Origin: a virus
Taxonomy: Duplodnaviria; Caudoviricetes
Strand: one strand, 5' to 3'
DNA length: 64,000 nucleotides
IMG/VR virus record: IMGVR_UViG_3300027278_000012
Coordinates: 8,121 to 72,120 of that record
Positions within the stretch are counted from its first letter, which is position 1; every line of letters begins with the position of its first letter. Of the stretch, positions 11,901-22,000 are shown one piece after another. A program made the translations under genes and the position numbers. The notes under the pieces were generated by a model. That model worked only from the letters and a program-made list of their open reading frames with translations. It was not told the origin of the DNA and did no database searches.

Positions 11901-14900
11901 TATTATTTTTAGAGAAGGAAACAAAGATGTTTTATTCAATCCTGAGAAACTCACAGGAAGTCAAGTATTTGATAAAGTGAGAGAGGATTATGAATCACGT
12001 GGAGCAATAACTGCATTAGGAGAAAAAAGATATAATGAACTTGTTAAAAGAACCATTGATTCAATAAGAACAAGAGGTATATCATTTAATGCAGAAGAAG
12101 TTGTATCTATAAATGATGAGAACGCTAATGGAAAAGAATATGCACAAGATACATTCTCTGTAGATTGGAAGAAACATTCTACAGGAGCACTTAAGTTCTT
12201 ACTATCTACACTAGCTGAAAGAAAAGCATTAAATCAAAATAATGTTCAAAAAGGAACACCATTAAAACCTGCAGAATTTAACTTCTCTAAGGAAGGATAT
12301 AAAGTATTAAACTTCAATAGAGTGTTTGCTACATTGTTAGATAGACTGCATGGTACAAATGATCCTGCTGAGTTCACTGAAAAATTCATACAACTTGCAA
12401 AAGAAGATTCAAACTATCTTCCTTTGTTTGTATCATTAGGTGGTAACCCAGTTACACATACATTTGATTTTGCTGATCCTAATAAATTTAAAGAATCAGA
12501 TTGGAAACTATTTATACAGTTCTTTAATACATTTACAAGACAAAAACCTGATGCATTGATTCAATACATCTCTGAAGAAGGAGATGTATATACAGGATCT
12601 GCAAACATATTTACAACAGTTAAAGCAACAGTTGATAGTTGGGTAGATAACATGAAGGTTATTGGAAAAGGTCCAGGTGGATTGATTAGTTATGATAAGG
12701 CTAATAAAGTTTATAAAATAGACACTACACTTAAAACAGGAATTAAATCTCTTCCTACCAAACAATATCAAGACATGTTAAGTTTCTTAGGTAAGATAGG
12801 TGTAGAGTTTCCTATTGGAACTTATCAAGCATTAACTAATAGAGAGATTATTGTAAAAGGAGAAACAACTACAGAGATAAAAGAATTTAATAAAGCTGTA
12901 GCTCAAATAAAAGCTTATTTAGGAAAGAATAATGAACTGATGACATTTGATGCTAAGAAATTAGACATTGGTGGTCCTCTTAGAACATTAGCTGGACTAT
13001 ATACTAGAGTGAACAATCCTAATCAAGACTCTACATATTTTGGTGTAGAGGGGCAACGTATTGGTTCATTCTCAGAAAATAATGCTCCTTCTTATTTTGA
13101 AAATACATTCAATGAATCAAAAACATTAACTGAGCTTTTAGAAAAAATGCCTCAGTTAAATGATGTATATTCTAGAGGAAGTGAAATATTAAAACCAGGT
13201 GGTCTATTCTTCAATAAAGATGGAGAAAGAATAGCTACAATATCTGTAGGATATATTCAAGGAAGTAAGAATGAACTTACAGGAAAAGATAAATCTACAG
13301 CTAAGTTAGCTAAAGGAGAAAGATTTGTGCAAGAGATGAATCAAAACATTAACGGTAACTATTATGTTCTTATTCCTGGAGATAGTTCAACAGAATGGAT
13401 GATGAACTTAGGTAATGTCATATCTATGGATGATGTTATGTCAGGAGATCATTGGGGTAAAGTGTATAGTATTTATAGTAACTATTTAACTGATGATATT
13501 AATTTAGCATTAGAGAATAGAAAACAAAATATATATCAAAGAGCCAGGTCTCAAGAACTTAGAATCATGAGAGATATTCTTCCTCAGAATATTGTTGAGG
13601 ACATTGAAGAAATGATTGAAAATATTAATTTAAATTTTGAAGATTATACTTATGATGATATACAAGATTATATTTCTGCTAACAAAAAAGAAATAGATGC
13701 TTCTGTAAAATCTTTTATAGAAGGAACATCAGAAGGAACATTTGATACATTAATTAACTCCAATCAAATAAGAATGGTGGGAGAAAATAAATATAGTCTT
13801 GATAAATTTGATACAGAGTTTTTGAAAAAGTATAATTTAAATGGACAAGTTTCACTTGATGAAGTGATGAATCTTATAAACTTCACTAACATTAATTATG
13901 CAATAAACAATCAAGAATATCACAAAATACTGTTTGGAGATCCTTATCAATTCAAAACTGAGAAAGGAAAACTAGATGAAACAAAACGTATCAAATCATT
14001 TCTTTCAGGAAGAAGAAGAACATTTGATCATCCAGATTATAATAACTTCTTAAAGACAACATATAATAATGTAGATGGTGTTGAGTTAGATGATAAGACA
14101 CCAGGATATCATGAGTACAAAGAATACGCTAACACTATTACATTTGATGATGTAGAGATTGTTGGTAGCACTGTAAATATAAATACTGATTATGCTAAAG
14201 TTAATGAGACAGATGCAATGTCTTGGTTAATGGATGCTACGCACAAAGAGATTGCACTTAAAGAAGGACAATGGAGTGATGAAGCTGAAGCTTTTCATCA
14301 ATGGCACATGGCTTATACAAGAAGAGCATTTGATAAAAAAGGAATTAAAGCATATACAAGTGAACAATTAAAAGCAAAAGATGCTAAATTGTTAGAATCT
14401 CCTATACCTAAGCACAAACTTGCTGTAAGAAAACCTATCATCTCTGGTAATAAAAACAATAAAACAGAATTAGATATTGTATTAGATAAGACATCACAGA
14501 TGCCTCTTTACTATCACATGGTTGAGGATACTAGTTTAGGAACAATATATGAGCAAATGTTTGATCAAAACATTGGTTATGGTATTGTTATATCTGGTAG
14601 AAAGGTAGGGTCTGAAGGAAATCATAATATATATGTAGATGGTAAAGTTAATACAGCTAAGTTTGAAAACATAGTAGAGGTTCCTTGGAAGATATATGGT
14701 ACACAAGTAGAAACTATGTCTGAAGGAGAAAAGACACAAACTAGAGGTTCTCAACCTACAAAGGTGGCTACTATGGATCTTTATGAAAATGGAGAACCAA
14801 TTGGTGATACTCCTGAAAGAAAAGAGGTTATTAGAAAAGCTGTTAAAAGACATGATGGTACTTTAGACATGCTTAATGAAAATGCATACAATGAGTTATT

Positions 14901-17900
14901 GAATAGACTTGGTGTTGTAGATCTTGGAGATACATATGCTCTTGAGAATAATCAAATCATATCAGAAACTCTTATGTATGAGATGATGAGAAGAGATCTT
15001 TCTGAGAATGCTAAAGATACAATTCAGCTAGATGAGAATGGTGAATTCCCAATACCATTTGAAGCATCTCCTTCTTATATACAGATTAAGAATATTCTTT
15101 ATTCTATGGTGAATAAAGCATTAATTTCTCCTGCAATGAGTGGAGCTCCACATGTACAGGCTCCTGTTACAATGTTTGAACAAGCTACAGAGGGAAGAAG
15201 TTTTGCTAGAAAGATTGATAACAAATGGGTTAAGATTACTAAAGCTCAATATAAAGCTCTTACAGAAGAAGAAAAGAAGGGTGTGATGCTTACAGACGAT
15301 ACACTTAAGTTCTATGAAGATAAAGATGGTAAACGCTATTGTGAAGTGTTACTTCCTCATTGGTTTAAGAATAAGTTTGGAAAGATGACAGATGACCAAA
15401 TTCTTAAGTATTTAGATACAGATGAAGGTAGAAAGATATTAACTGGTATAGGTTTTCGTATTCCTACACAAGCTCTTTCATCTATGGAAGTATTTAAAGT
15501 GAAAGGATTCCTTCCTCAATATATGGGCTATACAGTGATAGTTCCTTCTGAAATTACTACTAAAGCAGGATCGGATTTTGATATTGATAAATTGAACATG
15601 TACCTTAAATCTATATACACAGATAAAAATGGAAATGTTAAATTAGTTAAATGGTTAGGAACAGAACAAGCTACAAAAGATTTCTTCACTAAGGTGTATG
15701 ATGAATCAACAGAAAGAAAAGCTTTAAAGAAAGCAGAACTTATAGAAGCTGTTGATACATTGGTCTATGGACTAGATGATACAAAAGGATTAATAAAGAA
15801 ATATGGAGAATACATTCTATCTATACAAGATAAGTATGATGATCCTTTTGCATTTAGAGCTGAGATGGAAAAAGAGTTAGATAAACTAACTGATGATAAT
15901 ATAAATGCTGAATTGAGACAAGCTTATATAAATAATATGTATAAGAAATCTCTTGAGAATGAATACTATGATTCATTAGAAGAACTTCTTACACTTCCTG
16001 AAAACTTCAATAGATTAATTACACCTGTTGATGATGCAGGTCTTGAGAAAATTGCTGAGTTGTTAGATGAAAAAAGAGGATATAATGAATCAAATATAAA
16101 AGGAAGACTTATCAATAGAAACTTCATGACCAATATGCGTCATGCATTTATCACTGGTAAGAGATGGGTAGGTATTGCAGCTGTTAATATTACAAACCTT
16201 TCATTAAGACAGAAGAGTAAAGTGTATTTAGATCCTTCTAAGATTACATCTTTATCTGCAAGAGAACGTGAGTTTGTAGAAGACCTTGTAGGAAATATTA
16301 GCATAGTTCTTCCACATAATACATTAGATGTTGAAGGAAAAACATATGTTTCGTTATCTGGAACAAGAACAGCTGATCTTAAACAACTTATTTCACAAAG
16401 ACTATCTGGATATGCTACAGCATTTGTGGATATTGCTAACAAACCTTTCATCACTAAGATTATAAAAAGTGATACAGTGGTGTCTACATTTATGTTCTTA
16501 GAAGCTATTGGTGCTGGTAATACAGGAATCTATTTCTTAAACCAACCAATCATTGAGAAGTATTTAGAATACTTAGATAGTATTGGATCAAAGAGTGTTA
16601 TGGGAAAAGATAATCTTTCTTATATTAGAGATCAATTCCCTACAACAGAAAAAGCAATGAGAGATGCTAGAATATCTGTAGATCAATTATTAGATAACAT
16701 ACAAGAGTATAGTGAGAAAGGTGAATTTGATCAACGTAAAAATGCTGAGCAACAATTGATATTGAATGAATTCATTAAATACAAAATATTAGCAGATCAA
16801 TTATTTAGTTATACACAGTCTACAAACTATGATACAACAAGGTTTGGTAGTTCAGATGCTCTTCTTAAGAAAGAATGGGCTACATTCAACACTAGCAACT
16901 TTAACTTGATATCTAATGTAGATGAGGTGTTGGCTAATACATTTATAGGTAAACAAGCTGAACTTCTTTCTAAATCATTTGCATCCTTTGGTGCTATAAT
17001 GAAGACAGAACTTCCTGAGATAAAAGCATACACTATTGCTACATTGAAAAAATATGCTACAAGAAAATACATGTCATCTGATGATTATGAAAAGATAGCT
17101 AACTTAATCAAGAATTCTTTTGTAGATTATGTTATTCAGAATAATACAACTATATCTAACATGGTTGAACCTTTGCTTGTGAATTCTGAAACTGCAGTGG
17201 TTAATCAATTAGAACAAGCTAAGCAGAAGTATCCTAATATGCAGATACTAAAAGATCTTATTCCTGTACTAGGGAATAGAGATGGAAGTGCTAAGTCTAT
17301 ACAGCTTAAAGCAAATGTTAAAGATGCATATAGTGAGAACTTATATGTAGGTATGATGAGAGAGATGAGAGACATTCCAGAACTTAATAATCTGTATAAT
17401 AACATTGTCAATGTTGCTATATTACAAGGAGTGGGTCAATCTGCTATATCTATAAGAAACATTATTCCTGTAGAAGATTATGCAGCTAAGATTGCTCCTA
17501 TTATACAACAGCTTACACCAAACCCAACATTAGATGCTTTCGAGAATGGAATGTTTGAAAGAAACAATTTCACAAACAAAGATGTAATCACTGATTTCAC
17601 ACCATATGTGTACACACCAGAGCCTGATGAGAATGGACAATACAATGAACTAAGTATAAGAACTAATCCTAATACAGGAGAAGATGAATTAGTTCATTTC
17701 TTACCAGCATTTACATCAATGAAAGGAGTTTCTAAAACATCAAGAAGATTATTAATGTTAAGTGATAGATTTAATTCATTTCAGTTGTCTTCTGATTTCT
17801 TAAGAATACCTAAAGTGATCACTGATAAGAATAGTGATGATGGTAAGAAGGTTAATGTAATGACAGGAATAGAAGTTACAAAAGCTGACTATGCTAAAAT

Positions 17901-19077
17901 GAAACAAAAAGGTTCACAAGATCTTTATGATTCATATTATTATAAGAAGGTGTACACAACTAACAAAGATAAGTTTGGTAATCCTATTCCATTAACAACC
18001 ATTGGTGCTACTAAGCAAGGTGACCCTTTGACTAATTACTATTATAAACTAATCAATGTGTATGGAGATGGTAATAGAGCTGTAGAGTTTAATAAAGAGT
18101 TTGGCCCTTCTGTTATTGATAATGGATCAATGAGAATCAAGCAAGAGTTGAATGATCAAGATATTGTTAATCAATTTGCTTCACAGATTGCAGAAGAAGT
18201 TGTATCTTTACCAACAGAAGAAGAAATAGTTGCACCTACACAAATGATTGGAAAACCAAAAGGAGTAGAAGTTAAAGAAGGAATCTATGTAAACCAAGAA
18301 GCTTTGTCTAAAGATGAGCAACTTGAATTATTTGATTATCTAAAACCATTCTTAGAAGAACAAGCTGCTAAAACTAATAAAGGAGAAGCTGCTAGTAAAA
18401 TGATTGGATTAGGATTGAGATGGGATTATAAGTCAAACAATCCTGGAAAACAAGCTATGAATATTCCAGATGTTATCAATCCAGGAAACAAAACTAAATA
18501 TGGATACTATGATAGTTCTATTAACAATCAACCTTTGGCACCTATCACTCCTCGTTTTAGAGAGTTAATGCAAAAGGCTACAGGTGTAGATATGACTAAT
18601 TATGATGGTGCCATTATTAATCTTTATGAACCTAATAGTTTTATTAGTTCTCATAATGATGTAGATGAAAGTAGATCCGCAATTGGTTATCCTGTAATAG
18701 GAATTAACATTGGTGGTACAGGAAACTTCTCTATTGAATCAAGAGATGGTGCTCCTAAACAATTAAATCTTAAAGCAGGTGCAGGATATGTATTTGGTGT
18801 TGATGGTGTAAACAGAGAAGTTTATCATAGAACTTTTGCTAAACCTCAAGATAGTTTCTTACCAGAATTAACAACTAAATTAGATGGTAAAGCTTACGAA
18901 CCAGGTTCATATAGAGTGACAGTTACAATGAGAAGAGTATTGCCTTTAGAACTAGGTATGCCTAGTAAACCAACTATTATATCTACAGAAACTATAAGTG
19001 AAAAACCTGAAGGAATAACTCAAGAAGAATGGGATGGCTTATCTCAAGAAGAAAAGAATAAAATAAACGAATGTTAA
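5947..19077 (+). CDS. Virion-packaged DNA-dependent RNA polymerase polyprotein (crAss-like) with zincin HExxH motif and C-terminal AlkB-like 2OG-Fe(II) oxygenase domain
   Basis: GFRIPTQ at 15457 and GSDFDIDK catalytic loop (DFDID at 15574-15588); YHEIGH at 11461; NLY...HND...VYHR...YRVTVTMRR at about 18620-18940. Confidence 0.9.
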   Translation: MPDFDKNLQPIIESTKFPGFDLNVQEVRPQPMPDLLSGFGGGTSDHTEKDIYDILGQAQANSRQKGRGVRVMDAQLVANKRYDFFNPTIENYEDFASYGQSGWEKARNGVLKGTNLAGTTVLGGFGMLYGIGKSLFGSEHKLSSIWDNEIMQGLDKWNNKVDQEYLPNYYSEKETNADWYDRDNWMTTNFLFDKVIKNAGFAVGAVYSGNIANGVLGAAGAVIGESAMARAIAMESSQVFKAFAPLLKNTARAFSKAKNIEASEVLKKGITSIADVADQSSQIAKIAKITNQFNNFSDAARRTAIAAYSSGGEATFEALQTSNEHRTNLINNYKNTHGGVGPTGKDLSDIDNEVADVGRASFLGNMALLSITEYVQLPKLLGSSYAAERQASNSLLGKADDVLLDKGKYIAKEATTKFGKLYNRAAGVSRYVFDPKEGGQELGQYALQVGTQNYYKKSRETGAANMWTDGFVYGFVGTDEKGEDVGALTSKAGAEGGIIGAFTGGVMQARSTYATKKQAKTGTANFLNLLNDAPTFRDAFKDKLDSANRGIKLQEQQQDAVLSGDKLEAIDLRSDMAINYLSARIKYGRMDMVQDDIADLRQYSITEEGLASLKEQGLANINDTRESYQKRLDSFETMSKNIEQIYKATDLMYSGAILKDEKGDPVVSPDGKQLRKYSPHVIDKMVYSASKITDYDLRIPAVNASLIAAGVNTMDVLQSIILNNKPSREATDAALKQINELDIRSDLKDQLKADLSDVIELSLRRKLFLQEHADITKNPLNYEYNPEFEFGESEELDVKVEQQEKVKGKRKPLITEKELEVNKEYSLKEPLRKEGSTLQLAPKITVLSQTLGGEFEVRLPNGQIKFLTPTEFKEYNISDEDNTSEEMGDILDKAIDTVLDKEEYADYKDQLEIAGAENVFSKREFINDLDDQKLIDAIEKEFNAKTKDLLAQREKERIAKEKLAATKETLDKELEKLAPTGGSVETVNIVAGEIIGTEDKRPDVSIVFLKTISPSEEEKNKETNNIPHIKRARTFLNNLKFFKNRNKIKAIIVTPNNAEALGLKGIVQLSNNKLEFNEDGSVIDNLTKEETDVEMGFMAQVFITQTAEGDFFVNEKGEKLSKIGPGNPTILNDVVFQTMTSASLTTEGGYTKIRKGQEEKAEIALEAYKIFRADVFAQEGYTPYSFSISRGIPNQIVVNGVYEDNHMSDILGPNAEKIIAEHNGLIEVVTTGQVENNAELLSFNEGTALIRFGDLLDFANNKVLTNKQAQNVFAVIDAMAKDLIAKSSTAKAGRPDYGYITFLKNVLYFKFKGNPTTPSQISLDTKTMEFRIGDKSFDLFKIADNKQAITNALQDAFISVNNKTLAEGTSKKFTEYVTDKDGNLTKVVWTNYQSFLLSGKNPDGSKRSTGETPLITHTAKPTDNLNSYKQKYAFITDTGVLPYDRVPVKEVKPAPVATTPGVKKIGKYEVNNGKEETLEVGSGPVLFTATLSPEGVIDVDMKDNDTIEALSTNQGKLNEFEQKLTSGASKEYKDAYEKLSNEEQVKLFLSTAIKQMLEKEYATQLEAPVVEEVVQPIAPPEVVAQQDVEAKKADIENNDFVIKIKKIGQSYAGGKQFVNTKQTGKEFLEQVNYEMYGEKVQAEHLLYFKDKFDGALYDLINRGYKELTGKTFEEYDAELAALEGGEETNIGKEITAVAPFNKGTITGKIISVTENKAKKGLYSITLDNGERVSGSFEDNKFTWIQNEDTPSEKPYDPSKLKGRDDAPEFRMVGAADVSDRMTNAELEIFKQWHAEKVPFIPFEVLERMVNVNDTEEAWGVFENGVAKFVRGGLRGTEYHEIGHGIWTMLSTEEQEALLNEFRSKPGTFTDRQSGKKIEHIDATDTQAEERIWDDFSDFRLGKLPARSLGERVRRLFKMVMDFFKSFGSKPSLKDELFEAIEAGRFKETKLSKRAKTMAPKYRAIEGLTEEQTNNYINDMVVQASRIIFREGNKDVLFNPEKLTGSQVFDKVREDYESRGAITALGEKRYNELVKRTIDSIRTRGISFNAEEVVSINDENANGKEYAQDTFSVDWKKHSTGALKFLLSTLAERKALNQNNVQKGTPLKPAEFNFSKEGYKVLNFNRVFATLLDRLHGTNDPAEFTEKFIQLAKEDSNYLPLFVSLGGNPVTHTFDFADPNKFKESDWKLFIQFFNTFTRQKPDALIQYISEEGDVYTGSANIFTTVKATVDSWVDNMKVIGKGPGGLISYDKANKVYKIDTTLKTGIKSLPTKQYQDMLSFLGKIGVEFPIGTYQALTNREIIVKGETTTEIKEFNKAVAQIKAYLGKNNELMTFDAKKLDIGGPLRTLAGLYTRVNNPNQDSTYFGVEGQRIGSFSENNAPSYFENTFNESKTLTELLEKMPQLNDVYSRGSEILKPGGLFFNKDGERIATISVGYIQGSKNELTGKDKSTAKLAKGERFVQEMNQNINGNYYVLIPGDSSTEWMMNLGNVISMDDVMSGDHWGKVYSIYSNYLTDDINLALENRKQNIYQRARSQELRIMRDILPQNIVEDIEEMIENINLNFEDYTYDDIQDYISANKKEIDASVKSFIEGTSEGTFDTLINSNQIRMVGENKYSLDKFDTEFLKKYNLNGQVSLDEVMNLINFTNINYAINNQEYHKILFGDPYQFKTEKGKLDETKRIKSFLSGRRRTFDHPDYNNFLKTTYNNVDGVELDDKTPGYHEYKEYANTITFDDVEIVGSTVNINTDYAKVNETDAMSWLMDATHKEIALKEGQWSDEAEAFHQWHMAYTRRAFDKKGIKAYTSEQLKAKDAKLLESPIPKHKLAVRKPIISGNKNNKTELDIVLDKTSQMPLYYHMVEDTSLGTIYEQMFDQNIGYGIVISGRKVGSEGNHNIYVDGKVNTAKFENIVEVPWKIYGTQVETMSEGEKTQTRGSQPTKVATMDLYENGEPIGDTPERKEVIRKAVKRHDGTLDMLNENAYNELLNRLGVVDLGDTYALENNQIISETLMYEMMRRDLSENAKDTIQLDENGEFPIPFEASPSYIQIKNILYSMVNKALISPAMSGAPHVQAPVTMFEQATEGRSFARKIDNKWVKITKAQYKALTEEEKKGVMLTDDTLKFYEDKDGKRYCEVLLPHWFKNKFGKMTDDQILKYLDTDEGRKILTGIGFRIPTQALSSMEVFKVKGFLPQYMGYTVIVPSEITTKAGSDFDIDKLNMYLKSIYTDKNGNVKLVKWLGTEQATKDFFTKVYDESTERKALKKAELIEAVDTLVYGLDDTKGLIKKYGEYILSIQDKYDDPFAFRAEMEKELDKLTDDNINAELRQAYINNMYKKSLENEYYDSLEELLTLPENFNRLITPVDDAGLEKIAELLDEKRGYNESNIKGRLINRNFMTNMRHAFITGKRWVGIAAVNITNLSLRQKSKVYLDPSKITSLSAREREFVEDLVGNISIVLPHNTLDVEGKTYVSLSGTRTADLKQLISQRLSGYATAFVDIANKPFITKIIKSDTVVSTFMFLEAIGAGNTGIYFLNQPIIEKYLEYLDSIGSKSVMGKDNLSYIRDQFPTTEKAMRDARISVDQLLDNIQEYSEKGEFDQRKNAEQQLILNEFIKYKILADQLFSYTQSTNYDTTRFGSSDALLKKEWATFNTSNFNLISNVDEVLANTFIGKQAELLSKSFASFGAIMKTELPEIKAYTIATLKKYATRKYMSSDDYEKIANLIKNSFVDYVIQNNTTISNMVEPLLVNSETAVVNQLEQAKQKYPNMQILKDLIPVLGNRDGSAKSIQLKANVKDAYSENLYVGMMREMRDIPELNNLYNNIVNVAILQGVGQSAISIRNIIPVEDYAAKIAPIIQQLTPNPTLDAFENGMFERNNFTNKDVITDFTPYVYTPEPDENGQYNELSIRTNPNTGEDELVHFLPAFTSMKGVSKTSRRLLMLSDRFNSFQLSSDFLRIPKVITDKNSDDGKKVNVMTGIEVTKADYAKMKQKGSQDLYDSYYYKKVYTTNKDKFGNPIPLTTIGATKQGDPLTNYYYKLINVYGDGNRAVEFNKEFGPSVIDNGSMRIKQELNDQDIVNQFASQIAEEVVSLPTEEEIVAPTQMIGKPKGVEVKEGIYVNQEALSKDEQLELFDYLKPFLEEQAAKTNKGEAASKMIGLGLRWDYKSNNPGKQAMNIPDVINPGNKTKYGYYDSSINNQPLAPITPRFRELMQKATGVDMTNYDGAIINLYEPNSFISSHNDVDESRSAIGYPVIGINIGGTGNFSIESRDGAPKQLNLKAGAGYVFGVDGVNREVYHRTFAKPQDSFLPELTTKLDGKAYEPGSYRVTVTMRRVLPLELGMPSKPTIISTETISEKPEGITQEEWDGLSQEEKNKINEC

Positions 19078-19078
19078 T

Positions 19079-22000
19079 ATGGCACATTGTGTAAATAGAA
19101 GTTCTCCAGAATTTATAGCATTAGCTGAACAATCTAATATCAATCCAATAATTCTTGCTGCAAAGGTTTCTTTGTGGCAGGAAGAAAACGGATTAGATAA
19201 TTTTCCTGCATTAGAAGATGTAGTAAAAACTACAGAGGAAGAAGTTATAGAACAGGAAGCTTCTCCAAAACTAATTAGTTTAATGAAGGAATTCATTAAA
19301 TCAATTGGTGTTGATTACAAACTTGTTAGCGATATTGTTGTAGATGGTGTTAAACAAGATGCAAATGGTGTAGCTCTTATAATGCAAAAGCTTATTCAAG
19401 TGGTAGAAGGACAAGAAGATGTAGCTCTTCCAGAAGAAGCTATGCACTTTGCTGTTGAGATTATAAGACAAACTAATCCAAAACTATATCAACAATTACT
19501 AAAAGAAATAAATGGACATCCTAAGTTAAATGCTGTAATAGCTTTATATGGTAATGATCCAGCTTATCAGAAAGATGGAGTTAGAGATATAGTAAAACTT
19601 AAAGAAGAAGCTATTGCTCAAGTGTTAGCTAATAGATTAGAAGATGTTGTAGGAAGAACTTGGTTTCAAAAAATTATTGATTTTCTAACACCTAGATTCA
19701 TGAAAGCTGGATTTGATAAAGCTTCTATGGATGTTCTATCAGGTAAGATAGCTAGTGTAGAAGATATAGATGTTTCTCAAAGAGGTGCTTATTTCCAACT
19801 CTCTACTGGAGAAAGAGTGTTTAATGATTTACTAGAAACATCTAAGAGAATAAAAACAAAAGATGGAGGATATGAATTAGATGGTATAAAATCTGTAAGA
19901 AGGGTTTCTGATTTTGCTAAAGAATTCTATGAAAGAATATTTCCACCATCAGCTAAGTCTGAATTTGAAGATGCTGTAAACTCACTTAAAGCAGAGAAAG
20001 GAACAGCAGGACATACTGATATTGAATATGCACTTAAGATGCTTGTAGATCCTACAACAGGACTTCTTAGAGAAGAAATGGAAGATGATAGTGATTACAT
20101 ATCAAAGCTTAATCCTAATGATAGAAGGATGTATGAGATACTTAGAGATAATCTAAAAGAACGTCTATTGGCTATTGATGAGAAGGCTCCTGGAACTAGA
20201 TTTATGTCTGAGGTAAAGATATTTGATAAGAAAAGAAAAATTGCTGGTACAGTGGATTTTATTGCTGTTACTCCTGATGGAAAGACTAGCATTCTTGACT
20301 GGAAGTTTATGGATCTTAATACAGATAGGTATGAAGATGTTCCTTGGTATAAAGTGGAAGCTTGGAGAATACAGATGGGTAAGTATAAAGATATCATCTC
20401 TACTAACTATGGTGTAAAGAGTCAAGACTTTGATCAAACAAGAATGATTCCTATATTGGCTAAATATACAAAAGCTGATTTTGAAAAACAAATTCTTCCT
20501 AGACTTTTAGAAGTGAAAATAGGAAGTGCAAACATTCAAAACATTGAAGAAGATTACTTACTTCCTGTAGGTTTAGCAGATGAGAAAACAGGAAACAAAA
20601 AGATTGATAAATTAATTGAGCAGTTCAATGCTACTTACAGAAAACTTGCTGAAGAAAAAGTTAATGAATCTGAAAGATCAAGTAAAGCTGAACAATTAAA
20701 TGCTTTGTATAAAGCTATTAGACATTTACAAATTAAAGGAAACGTTGTTCCATTAATTAATCAAGCTAAGATATTAAACAAACAAGTGTCAATGTTGTTG
20801 AAAAGATACAACACTGACTTTGAAGGAAAGGACCCTTCAGAAGTAGATGCAGATAAGATAAATGCTTTTGCAGGAATGATTAGAATTCACTTAGAAGCAT
20901 TGCAACCATACTTAAATCTTAAACAATTAGGAACATTACTTACTGATGAAACAGAAGAAAATGATAAACTAAAACTAGAACTTGGAGCTACAAGAGATAA
21001 AGTTGAAGATTATATATTTCAACTTGAAGAACTAGATGAAACTTTTGGAGAGAAATTTAATAATACTAGTAGTACACCAGAAAAAGTTGTAAAAGGTATT
21101 ACTAAATGGTTCTCTAGTATATCTACAATACAAGTTGCAAACATTCAAACATTATATAAACTTGCTAATAAAGCATTTGGTTTATCTAATATAGAAACTT
21201 TAGAACAGGTAAAAAGATTAAATGTTTTAAAAGATGAATACACTAAGTGGGCATCTAGTAAAGGATTGAGTATTGGTAACTATTTTAATATTCTTATGAA
21301 GAAAGATAAGAATGAACTAATAGATCAATACGATAAAAAGTTTTATGATGAGTTGAAATCAAGAATAGCAAAAAAAGATGTTGATTGGATTTTAGATAAT
21401 GTTAACAAAGATTTATATAGAGAGCACTTAGAAGAACTAACAGAAAAAGAAATACAATATATATTATCAAGACCTAGAGTTGGTACAGAAGAAGAAGTTA
21501 AAGCTTCTATCAAAAGAGACATGGCTAAGGTTTATGCTAAATATGATATTCAGAACAAAAATTCTAATGGTTGGTTGATGTATAAAGAAGTTAGGCAGTT
21601 CCCAAAAACAGATAAATGGGAATCTGAGGAATGGAAAGAACTAAACAAACCAGAGAATGCACCAGCTAAAAAATTCTATGATTATATTGTAGAAAGAAAT
21701 AAATATTTCCAATCAGTAGAATACTTAAATGGTAAAGCTTCAAGAAAGTTTCTTCCATGGATAAGAAAAGGTTTTACAGAAGGACTTGTATTTGAAGGTA
21801 AGTCTAGAGGACTTGGTGAACAATTCCTTAGAAACATATCAATGGATGAGAATGAAGCTGGATATGGTCAAACAGATCCTATTACAGGAGAGTTAATAAA
21901 TTCTGTTCCTAAGTATTTTACAAAAGATCTTGGAGAAGGTTATTCTACAGACTTGTTTAAAACAATGGCTTTATATAATGAATATGCTATTAAGTTTAAG

